Below are positions 51,460 to 59,803 of a stretch of DNA of 64,000 bases, in pieces. Origin of the DNA: an uncultured Phycisphaerales bacterium (lineage in GTDB: Bacteria; Planctomycetota; Phycisphaerae; Tepidisphaerales; Tepidisphaeraceae); the NCBI GenBank assembly GCA_963758525.1, contig CAVWVQ010000003.1, forward strand, positions 2,464,001 to 2,528,000, in the 5' to 3' direction. Position numbers and translations under genes: made by a program. The notes under the pieces are model-generated. The model saw only the letters and a list, made by a program, of their open reading frames with translations, searched no databases and was not told the DNA's origin. How positions within the stretch are numbered: position 1 is the first letter of the stretch; the number at the start of each line of letters is the position of its first letter.

Positions 51460-53061
51460 ATGCCCAAGATCACGGTTGATGGGAAAACCATCGAAGCCAA
51501 AGACCGGCAGATGATTCTTCAGGCGTGCGGCGACGCGAACATTCCGATCCCGCAATACTGTTATCATCCCGGGCTGTCGATCCCTGCTTCGTGCCGCATC
51601 TGCCTCGTTGAGGTCGAGGGAATTCCCAAGCTCGTCCCGGCGTGCCAAACGCCGATCCGCGACGGCATGGTCGTTCACTCCAGGACCTCCAAGGCGATCG
51701 CCAATCAGAAGCAGGTGATGGAATACCTGCTGATCAACCATCCGCTGGATTGCCCGGTGTGCGATCAGGCGGGGGAGTGCTTCCTGCAGGACTATTCCTA
51801 CGAGTACGGCCGCAGCCAGTCGCGCTTCGAGGAAGACAAGGTCAAGCATCCGAAAAAGGACGTGGGCGAGAAGATTTATCTTTATGCCGATCGCTGCATC
51901 ATGTGTACGCGCTGCGTGCGGTTTACGCGCGAAGTGGCCGGCACCAGCGAGCTGTATGTCGACGGGCGTGGCAACAAGGAGGAGATTGATATCTTCCCCG
52001 GCAAGCCATGCAACAACAAACTCGCCGGAAATGTCGTCGATCTGTGCCCGGTGGGGGCGCTGCTGGACAAGGATTTTCTCTTCAAGCAGCGCGTCTGGCT
52101 CCTCAAGGGCGCGCCGTCGATCAGTCCTGTTGACAGTGGCGGGGAAAACATTTCGCTGGAGTACAACGAAGGCGTCGTCTACCGCATCAAGCCCCGCTAC
52201 AACGCCGAGATCAATCAATGGTGGATCAGCGACGACACGCGTTACTCGTACAAGATCATGCAGGACGAGAAACGGCTGCGGCGATTTCGCCGCAAGCAAT
52301 ACGGGGCGCAGATTGACACGATATTCGATGTCGCGCTTGAGCAGGCGACCAGCGAGCTGAAATCGCTGGTGTCGAACAACGGACCCGGATCGCTGTTCGC
52401 GCTCCTCTCCCCGATGATGGCCTGTGAAGAGGCATTTTTGCTGGGGACCGCGATCCGCAAGCTCGATCCGCAGGCGGTGCTGATCATGGGGCCGGTGCCA
52501 TCGGCGGCGCAAGACGATGTGTTCAAGAATTCCATGAACGGCAAGCAGACGTTTGTTATCAAGGCGGAAAAAGTTCCCAACGCCGCGGGAATTCGCCGCG
52601 TGCTGCAGCTACTCGGCGGGGCGACTGCAACGTACGACGAATTGAATCCATCAGTTCGAGCTGACTTGGAGAAGCTCAAGGGCGGCTGGATCGTCGGCGG
52701 ATATCACTCTTCGTGGATTTCCGATCAGACGCCGGAACTGCTGCGAAAAGGCTTCCGAGTCGTGCAGGATCTTTTGCCCAGCTCACTGACCGAGTCGGCA
52801 GACGTGCTCTTCCCTGCGGCGGCGTGGGCGGAAAAAGACGGGTGCTGGGAAAACTATCAGGGAAAAATTCAGCCGTTCGTCAGCGCCATCGCGCCGCCGG
52901 AGGGGATTCGCCGCGAGGGGGACATCTATTACAAATTGATGGGTCGGAAAGGGATGTACAACGCGCAAGCGATCCGCGGCGAAATGGGCGAGGCATTCGC
53001 GTCGATCGAGATTCCTGCCGAGTCGGTCACGGCGCCCGCGCCGCAATTTGTGGAGCTGTGA
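51460..53061 (+). CDS. nuoG: NADH-quinone oxidoreductase subunit G (short form)
   Basis: YCYHP...SCRICLVE, HPLDCPVCDQAGEC, RCIMCTRCVRF, CPVGAL. Confidence 0.95.
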   Translation: MPKITVDGKTIEAKDRQMILQACGDANIPIPQYCYHPGLSIPASCRICLVEVEGIPKLVPACQTPIRDGMVVHSRTSKAIANQKQVMEYLLINHPLDCPVCDQAGECFLQDYSYEYGRSQSRFEEDKVKHPKKDVGEKIYLYADRCIMCTRCVRFTREVAGTSELYVDGRGNKEEIDIFPGKPCNNKLAGNVVDLCPVGALLDKDFLFKQRVWLLKGAPSISPVDSGGENISLEYNEGVVYRIKPRYNAEINQWWISDDTRYSYKIMQDEKRLRRFRRKQYGAQIDTIFDVALEQATSELKSLVSNNGPGSLFALLSPMMACEEAFLLGTAIRKLDPQAVLIMGPVPSAAQDDVFKNSMNGKQTFVIKAEKVPNAAGIRRVLQLLGGATATYDELNPSVRADLEKLKGGWIVGGYHSSWISDQTPELLRKGFRVVQDLLPSSLTESADVLFPAAAWAEKDGCWENYQGKIQPFVSAIAPPEGIRREGDIYYKLMGRKGMYNAQAIRGEMGEAFASIEIPAESVTAPAPQFVEL

Positions 53062-54626
53062 TGACCTTACCCGATCTTCCAAGCCTGACGGATATTCCAA
53101 AGCTCACCGTGCACTGGATTCAGTTGCACATTCCACTGTGGGTCATCATCACCCTGGTGATTCACGGCGTTGTGCTGGGCGGCGTGGCCTACATGATTCT
53201 GCTGGAGCGAAAGGTCGCCTCGTGGGTGCAGGATCGTATTGGGCCCAATCGCGTGGGATTGGGCTTTGGGATCATTCCGGTCCTGAAGGATTTTCATTTC
53301 TGGGGACTCGGCCAGCCGCTGGCGGACGGAATCAAATTCATTGTGAAGGAAGATTACCGGGCGAAGGGAATCGATCTGGTGCTGTTCACGCTCGCGCCGG
53401 CCGTGATGGTCACCACGGTGATCATCAGCATTGCGGTGATTCCCTGGGGCGGCGTGATGCAGTCACATAACTGGGTCGATGTGACTGCCGAGTCGCATGC
53501 GGGGCAGGACCCGGCGCAAGCGGCGATCGACTCGCTGCCAAACGGGGACTACGCGGTTCCCGCGCATGATGTCAATTTCGCCGCGCTTCCAGCTTCGGAG
53601 CGGGCGGCGGCGCAAACGCAAGCCGTCCTCGACGGCGTGGACGTCGAGCGCGTGCCGCAGATGCGGGGCCCGACGCATGTCATCGCCACGGTCACCTATC
53701 GCTATCCCTTTCAGATCGCGAGTCTCAACATCGGCGTGCTCTATGTGTTGGCGACGCTGTCGCTGGCGGTGTACGGCGTGGTCGTCGGCGGCTGGGCCAG
53801 CAACAACAAATACTCATTTCTCGGCGGGCTGCGGGCCACCGCGAACATGATCAGCTACGAGATTCCGTTGGGGCTCTCCGTGCTTTGCATTGTCACGATG
53901 TACGGAACGCTCGATCTGGGAACAATCGTCAATCTGCAGGCGCATGACTGGGCGGGAATCGTGCCGGCATGGAATGTCTTCACGCAGCCGCTGGCATTTT
54001 TGATGTTCCTGATCTGCATTCATGCGGAAGCCAACCGCGCCCCGTTCGACATGGCCGAGGCCGAGCAGGAACTGGTCGGCGGATATCACACCGAATACAG
54101 CTCGATGCGATTCGCTTTGTTCTTCCTTGCCGAGTACGCGGGAATGGTCACCACCAGCGCCGTCTGCGTCGCGCTGTTCTTCGGCGGCTGGCATCTCCCG
54201 TGGGGCCTGACCGCGGGCATCGACAAGGCCCACCCCGAGATCACCACCAGCTTCGCCATGTGCATCGCCCGCACGATCATCTTTTTCGGCAAGACGCTCT
54301 TCATCATCTTCGTGTTCATGTGGGTGCGCTGGAGCCTGCCGCGATTTCGATTTGACCAGCTCATGATGCTCGCCTGGCGAGCGCTCATCCCGCTCTCGCT
54401 GGCGATGGTGCTGATGACGGCCATCGTGATGTACATGATGCGGGATCACGCGCGTCCCAATTTGTATATTGACGGACACTATGCCCTGGTCCTCCTCTGC
54501 GCCAATGTTGTATTGCTGGCGCTGTCGATGATCATCACGCGGAAGCTTCCGCCGCCGCCGGAGACGAATCGGAAGATTTTGATTCCGAACAGCAGGTACG
54601 CGCGGACGCCGCTGCCGGCGTCGTAA
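53061..54626 (+). CDS. nuoH: NADH-quinone oxidoreductase subunit H
   Basis: ERKVASWVQDRIGPNRVG, QPLADGIK, GWASNNKYS, EANRAPFDMAEAEQELVGGYHTEYS. Confidence 0.96.
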   Translation: MTLPDLPSLTDIPKLTVHWIQLHIPLWVIITLVIHGVVLGGVAYMILLERKVASWVQDRIGPNRVGLGFGIIPVLKDFHFWGLGQPLADGIKFIVKEDYRAKGIDLVLFTLAPAVMVTTVIISIAVIPWGGVMQSHNWVDVTAESHAGQDPAQAAIDSLPNGDYAVPAHDVNFAALPASERAAAQTQAVLDGVDVERVPQMRGPTHVIATVTYRYPFQIASLNIGVLYVLATLSLAVYGVVVGGWASNNKYSFLGGLRATANMISYEIPLGLSVLCIVTMYGTLDLGTIVNLQAHDWAGIVPAWNVFTQPLAFLMFLICIHAEANRAPFDMAEAEQELVGGYHTEYSSMRFALFFLAEYAGMVTTSAVCVALFFGGWHLPWGLTAGIDKAHPEITTSFAMCIARTIIFFGKTLFIIFVFMWVRWSLPRFRFDQLMMLAWRALIPLSLAMVLMTAIVMYMMRDHARPNLYIDGHYALVLLCANVVLLALSMIITRKLPPPPETNRKILIPNSRYARTPLPAS

Positions 54627-54747
54627 GGTGCTGAACAAAGACGCGCGACTGTTGTGCTCGTGCGGTTAGAACACGGCCCTTCGGGCGGCCGCTAAACGGG
54701 AGTCGAGAGCGCGGTCGTCGCGCGGGATCATTAGAATCGGAAATCCC

Positions 54748-55284
54748 ATGAAAGACGCTGATATCAAGGTCCTCGAAGAACCCACCCTGTCGCTGTCGGA
54801 TACATTCTATCTGCCGCAGGTGCTGATCGGGCTGGGAACAACGATGAAGCACATGTTCAAAGTGGTCGCGCTTGGGAAGGACCGCGTTATTCAATACCCC
54901 GAGGAAAAGCGTGAAGACCTGCCAGTTGAAAAGGGCGGCATGCTGCAGCAGACCTATCGCGGCGTGCATCGGTTGAACAAAGACGAAGAGGGGCGCGTGA
55001 AGTGCGTCGCCTGCTTCATGTGCTCCACCGCGTGCCCGGCGAAGTGCATTCACATCGAAGCTGAAGAATCCCCCTGGCCCGATCGCGAAAAATATCCTGC
55101 CAAGTTCGACATCGATGAGTTGCGCTGCATCTACTGCGGCATGTGCGAGGAAGCCTGCCCAGTCGACGCCATCGAGTTGACGCATGTGTACGACATCGTC
55201 GGGCTCACGCGTCAGGAAATGATCTTTGACAAGAGCAAGCTGCTGAAGGTGTACGATCAGACCGTGGCGGCCGAGCCGATGTGA
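54748..55284 (+). CDS. nuoI: NADH-quinone oxidoreductase subunit I
   Basis: CVACFMCSTACP and CIYCGMCEEACP. Confidence 0.96.
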   Translation: MKDADIKVLEEPTLSLSDTFYLPQVLIGLGTTMKHMFKVVALGKDRVIQYPEEKREDLPVEKGGMLQQTYRGVHRLNKDEEGRVKCVACFMCSTACPAKCIHIEAEESPWPDREKYPAKFDIDELRCIYCGMCEEACPVDAIELTHVYDIVGLTRQEMIFDKSKLLKVYDQTVAAEPM

Positions 55285-55434
55285 AGGGGTGCGATCGGGC
55301 GGAGCGGGTGCGTCGCGCGATCAGACGTAACTCAGATTGCGGGAGTGGCGGAGTCGACCGGCGCGAGGAAAATTACCCCTGAGTGGCGGCATGGCCGGCG
55401 CGAGTCTGCGGCGAAACAAGAACGAGGGGCGATT

Positions 55435-55971
55435 TCATGGCGCACGTTGAATCGCTGAGATGAGCCTCTCGGTTCCGTAGACGATATGGTCGGCGAGTAC
55501 CTGAAAGCGGCGGACATCAGTATCGGAAAATGATCCCGACTCTGCCGGAGCGCGCCAGCTCCCATCGAGGTTCTGGTAAGGATACTCTGTATTCCGCGGC
55601 AAGAGCGGTTCTTCGTCGGCCCGTGCTCTTGGCGCCAGCGCCATTAGGGCACCGATCTCGCTTTCCCATCGCGGAGAGAAGAGTCGATGGATTCGCGATT
55701 GAACCGCGGCGTTTTCGCCTGTTGGACGGTGCAATCGATTCAACGCGTTCAGCAGCTTATCCACGTCATGAGTGAATTTGATGCGTATCGATGCCAGGCT
55801 CGCATCGCGCACCGCGGACGCGAGGGCTTTGATCGCCTTCTCCACGGCCTGTTGCTGCTTGGCGATCGCCTGGCAAAATGTACGAGGATCGGGAGGGTCG
55901 AACACGCGCAGTGCCGCGCGCCGGTCGGCATCCGCCTGCTGCCACCAAACGGAAGCACCGGGCTCAGCCAT
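55435..55971 (-). CDS. HEPN domain-like protein
   Basis: W..QA..D...A, QQAVEKAIKAL, THD...L, RNTEYPY. Confidence 0.72.
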   Translation of the reverse strand: MAEPGASVWWQQADADRRAALRVFDPPDPRTFCQAIAKQQQAVEKAIKALASAVRDASLASIRIKFTHDVDKLLNALNRLHRPTGENAAVQSRIHRLFSPRWESEIGALMALAPRARADEEPLLPRNTEYPYQNLDGSWRAPAESGSFSDTDVRRFQVLADHIVYGTERLISAIQRAP

Positions 55972-56374
55972 CGATCAGCTCGAGAAGGCCGCGATGCTGG
56001 GGATCAACCCAAAGAACGCGCGCGCGGTCATCGCGCACCGCCTGCCGAAGTTCCTCGACCAATGGCCAACGATCGCGCACGCCCGCGCGCAATTCTTCAG
56101 GATTGCTCAAAATTAAGTGGAGCTTATGGCCTGCAGGGAGCGGGAAGTCGGCAGTGGAGTGGAACGACACTTCGAAGAGTTCTCCGTCAGGATCGATCGA
56201 GTTGCTTCCAAAATTTTCGATGACCTCAAACACAAAAACATCACCCGCATCGCGCGACGGAGCATACAAAATTGCCAGCAGCAACGGCTCCGATTTCAGA
56301 TCGCGATGATTCTTGATCAGGCTTTCAACCTGAGGGAGATATCCTGGGGTCCATGGAGCGGCTTGTTGCGTCAC
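55964..56374 (-). CDS. hypothetical protein coupled to the HEPN gene (putative antitoxin)
   Basis: 8-nt overlap with the HEPN gene; alpha/beta pattern without a canonical MNT motif. Confidence 0.6.
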   Translation of the reverse strand: MTQQAAPWTPGYLPQVESLIKNHRDLKSEPLLLAILYAPSRDAGDVFVFEVIENFGSNSIDPDGELFEVSFHSTADFPLPAGHKLHLILSNPEELRAGVRDRWPLVEELRQAVRDDRARVLWVDPQHRGLLELIDG

Positions 56375-56455
56375 GGGAGTTCTCGATCCGAATTTCGGAA
56401 TTTTAGCTGGGTCGCCGACAGGCGTCCATCGGCGCTGAATGGAGAACGTCGAGAG

Positions 56456-57475
56456 TTACTTGCCCCCAAGTCTCTCCGGCAGAATCGGCGAATCCCACCC
56501 GGCGAGATCCTCCGGCTTCACGCCGGCGGCACGCTTGGTTTTGCCGTTCCATGTCGGGCGGTAGGGGCCGACGAAGCTGATGTCGGCATCGGGCTTAATG
56601 GCGGATTCCAGCCCGACTGCCCAGAACGCGGCATTGACCAGCAGGCGGCGAAATCCATCGTTGATCAAGTCGCCCGAACCGCCGCAGGTGGTGGTGAACA
56701 CGCGGCCCTCTTTGCCTGCTTCACTCTTATAGGTTCGGACCCATGCGCCGGGCATCGGCTTCTTGGTCGGATCGACCGGCGAGTCGGGAGTCATCCCGAT
56801 CAACGGCTGGGCCATCAGCAGAATCTCACTGCCTTCGATCGGATTGGCGTTGTAGGCGCCGACTTCGGCCCATGCATTTTTCACGCCGATCAGGACCGGG
56901 TGCGCAGCCTGGTCCGGGACGATATCGAGCCGGGTGCTCGATTTGTGGTTGGGGCCGTAATGTCCGACCCACGTCTCGCCGAGGACCTGGCGGCCGAAGC
57001 CACCGGTGAAGTCCGGATCCTTATTCTGATAGTCATACTTCGCGAAGGCGCTGTCTTTCGGGTACCTGAACGCGTGGGTCGCGGTGCGCATCCCGATGAC
57101 GGGACCGCCGCGTTTGAGGTAATCGACGATAGGCTGCATCTGCTCCGGCGGGAGCGTTTGGAAGCGCGTGAAAATCACCATCAGATCGGCGGTCTTCAGC
57201 GCGTCGGTCCCGGGGATGTTGGGATTGCCCGGCTTGAGTACGCCGGTCGCGGGATCGACGCCGAAGAGGACCGCGCAGGTGAAGCCATAATGTTTGGCGA
57301 GAATGCGGGCCAGCGCCGGCAGCGATTCCTCCGAATGATATTCGGGGTCGCTGGCGATGAAGACAATCTGCTTTCCTTTGCCCGGCCCGTCTGTTCCCTG
57401 ATAGACGAGCGGGCCGGCAAATGAATTGAGGGCGGGTATCAGCAGGACGCTCAGGAGCGCGATGGTCCGGTTCAT
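56456..57475 (-). CDS. exported ThuA-like (class I glutamine amidotransferase-like) domain protein
   Basis: Signal peptide; IVFIASDPEYHSEESLP, GMRTATHAF, GRVFTTT, FRRLLVNA..W. Confidence 0.8.
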   Translation of the reverse strand: MNRTIALLSVLLIPALNSFAGPLVYQGTDGPGKGKQIVFIASDPEYHSEESLPALARILAKHYGFTCAVLFGVDPATGVLKPGNPNIPGTDALKTADLMVIFTRFQTLPPEQMQPIVDYLKRGGPVIGMRTATHAFRYPKDSAFAKYDYQNKDPDFTGGFGRQVLGETWVGHYGPNHKSSTRLDIVPDQAAHPVLIGVKNAWAEVGAYNANPIEGSEILLMAQPLIGMTPDSPVDPTKKPMPGAWVRTYKSEAGKEGRVFTTTCGGSGDLINDGFRRLLVNAAFWAVGLESAIKPDADISFVGPYRPTWNGKTKRAAGVKPEDLAGWDSPILPERLGGK

Positions 57476-57550
57476 TCCAGGGAATGATCGGCGGAGAGGG
57501 GCGCGTGTGCAATAAGATGCGCAATTACCCTTCAGCGAGAGCGTTTAGTA

Positions 57551-57660
57551 CGGATCATGCTTCCGCTTACTGCGGGGGTACCGGATCATGCTTCCGCTTA
57601 CTGCGGGGGTACCGGATCATGCTTCCGCTTACTGCGGGGGTACCCTTCGTGCGCGGCTCA
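57551..57660. repeat. three perfect 31-bp tandem copies ending in a full REP, left of the RAYT gene
   Basis: CGGATCATGCTTCCGCTTACTGCGGGGGTAC at 57551, 57582 and 57613, then CCTTCGTGCGCGGCTC. Confidence 0.92.
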
Positions 57661-57732
57661 TTTGTGGGGCGGGGGGGCTTGTGTATCCTCCTTGGAGGAC
57701 TTTGCGGAATCCCCTTTTCTTGGAATTGACGC

Positions 57733-58248
57733 GTGGCGCTGGCGTACTTCATCACGTTTTCGACCTACGGCACGTGGCTGCATGGTACGTCCAAGGGCAA
57801 AGGCTCCGTTGATCGCGAACACAATCAATACGGGATGCCATTTGTTGAGCCGGATGAAGGTCGCGAAACGCAGTCACGCCAGAAGTTGAAGCAGGCGACC
57901 TACACGATGAGGCCCAGTGAGCGCGAAATCGTGCGGGATGCGATCGTCCGGCTATGCCGGGCGAAGGGCTGGCAGTTACTTGCGGTGCATGTTCGGAGCA
58001 ACCACGTACATATCGTGGTTGCTGTCGATCGCGATCCGGACCGCGTGATGAGCGACCTGAAGGCCGCGGCGTCTCGCGAATTGACCCGGGCGGGCTTCGA
58101 CGACGCGGATCGAAGACGTTGGACCCGCCACGGCAGCACGCTGCATCTGTTCGATGAAGCAACAGTGGCGGAAAAGATCGATTACACGCTGAATCGACAG
58201 GGCGCGCCCATGGCGTTTTACGATGGACGAACGAACGGAAACCTATAG
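57733..58248 (+). mobile_element. REP-associated tyrosine transposase (RAYT / Y1 HUH nuclease)
   Basis: YFITFSTYGTWLHG, NHVHIVV (HUH), W.R.G, DYT...Q catalytic Tyr; flanked by inverted REPs. Confidence 0.88.
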
Positions 58249-58404
58249 AGCCGCGCACGCAGCGTACTCGCGGAGTAAGCGGGGTTTGAGTCTAAATACC
58301 GCTTGCGCCGCCCGCTGACCGCGCGAGCACCTCGGGGATGCTTCCGCTTGCTGCGCAGCACAAATGCTTCCGCTTACTGCGCGAGTACGCTTCGTGCGCG
58401 GCTC
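58248..58404. repeat. REP doublet right of the RAYT gene
   Basis: GAGCCGCGCACGCAGCGTACTCGCGGAGTAAGCGG ... CCGCTTACTGCGCGAGTACGCTTCGTGCGCGGCTC, with a partial ATGCTTCCGCTT copy between. Confidence 0.88.
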
Positions 58405-58549
58405 CGCTTTGGACAATCGCACCACTCTTCAAGCTCGGATTATCGCCGGACGAGTGTTCAATTCCGTGCTCTTCGGGAGGGCTCGCGCCATCTTGCCGCG
58501 ATGACATCTTTTTCCCTGAAGGCGACGACCAGCGCGGGGGGAAGTGGGT

Positions 58550-59617
58550 TCAGCCAAAGGGCGTTCCGAGCCGGGTCAGAAATCGCTGGGCGTTGTCGTG
58601 ATACAACTTCTGGAGAACATCGTCCGGCAGCGCCAGTCCGCGAAGCTCGGGCTGCGCATCCGCGGGAAGATCCGGATCGAGAATCGGCGAAGGGCCGACG
58701 TAGGCGGTTTCCCACAGCTTGCGGTGCGTCCACCAGCGGCTGGCGAGAAAGTCGAATCGGCGGTCGTCGCCACTCACCTGGTCGGAGCCCCAGAGAATCC
58801 GATCCTGATTGCGAATGAAAAACTCGCGGGCGGCGTCCCGACGAACGCTCACTTCCCGGGCCATCCAGCGGGTCGCGCTGCAATCGAGCACGAGATTGGG
58901 AAATTTGTCGAGCAACTCCTGAAGCCGCGGGAGGTTTTCCGGATTGCCGCCAAGATGGGCGCCGCACCAGGGAAGATGTGGATAGGCGGCAAGCATGTCC
59001 TCCCACATTTTGTAGTGTTCTTCACGCGTGCCGTACTTCGCGGTGTCGGTGTATTTGCCGTGATACCAGAGATCGGGGTCGCCGATATGTGTCATCACCG
59101 CCATCTTGCGTGCGATGATTTCGCGGAACACCGGTTGGTATTGCGGCGCGTCGAGCCGCAGGCCGCGCATCACCATCGTTCCGGGGGCGCAGTGAAACTT
59201 CACGATTCGGCTGCCAAGGTTGTAAAACGCTTCGAGGCGTTGCAGCCAGTTGTCGATCCAGTTTGTCGAGGTGTCCTGCCAGCGCGGGATGGTGATGAAC
59301 TGCACTCGACCCGGCCAATCGCGGGCAAGTCCGAGAACTTCCTCAAGCGGGGTCATCGTGACAAAGCAGTCGATTCCATAGTGCTCCGCTGCCTCGAACC
59401 AGTCTTTGCCGTGGCGGGCGGCGAAAAGGTGGCAGTGAAAGTCGATGACCGGACCTCGCACTTTTGGCAGCGGCATCGGCCTGCGGAAGTCGATCTGAAT
59501 CCGATTGAATTCGGCTTCCTTGGCCGGAGCCATCGCGGGAATGCGTGGCGGCTGCGCAGGTGGAGGATTGGCCCCCTGCGGCGGCGACTTTTCGATGGTG
59601 GTGTCAATCTGGGTCAT
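58550..59617 (-). CDS. amidohydrolase family protein (Amidohydro_2-like)
   Basis: IDFHCH, VKFH, THIGD, GAHLGG, ILWGSD, LYHDNA. Confidence 0.88.
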   Translation of the reverse strand: MTQIDTTIEKSPPQGANPPPAQPPRIPAMAPAKEAEFNRIQIDFRRPMPLPKVRGPVIDFHCHLFAARHGKDWFEAAEHYGIDCFVTMTPLEEVLGLARDWPGRVQFITIPRWQDTSTNWIDNWLQRLEAFYNLGSRIVKFHCAPGTMVMRGLRLDAPQYQPVFREIIARKMAVMTHIGDPDLWYHGKYTDTAKYGTREEHYKMWEDMLAAYPHLPWCGAHLGGNPENLPRLQELLDKFPNLVLDCSATRWMAREVSVRRDAAREFFIRNQDRILWGSDQVSGDDRRFDFLASRWWTHRKLWETAYVGPSPILDPDLPADAQPELRGLALPDDVLQKLYHDNAQRFLTRLGTPFG

Positions 59618-59803
59618 TGGACTGTTCCATTCATCTTAGGACCGAGAACTTCTTCGGAGCAGGCCGGGAGATTGATTGCGACCCGGGGCCTTTGTGGCAA
59701 TCTGGGGGCTCTTGCACCGGCCGCATCATACCGGCCCCGTGGGAATTATGCGGACGTAGATGAAGATTGATATGAACAGGCGCGCGGAGGCATAATAGGT
59801 GTC

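Noticed and set aside
57551..57643. Possible CRISPR array (three identical 31-bp units)
   Set aside because: The units are contiguous with no spacers, no cas genes are present, and the sequence is part of the RAYT-flanking REP
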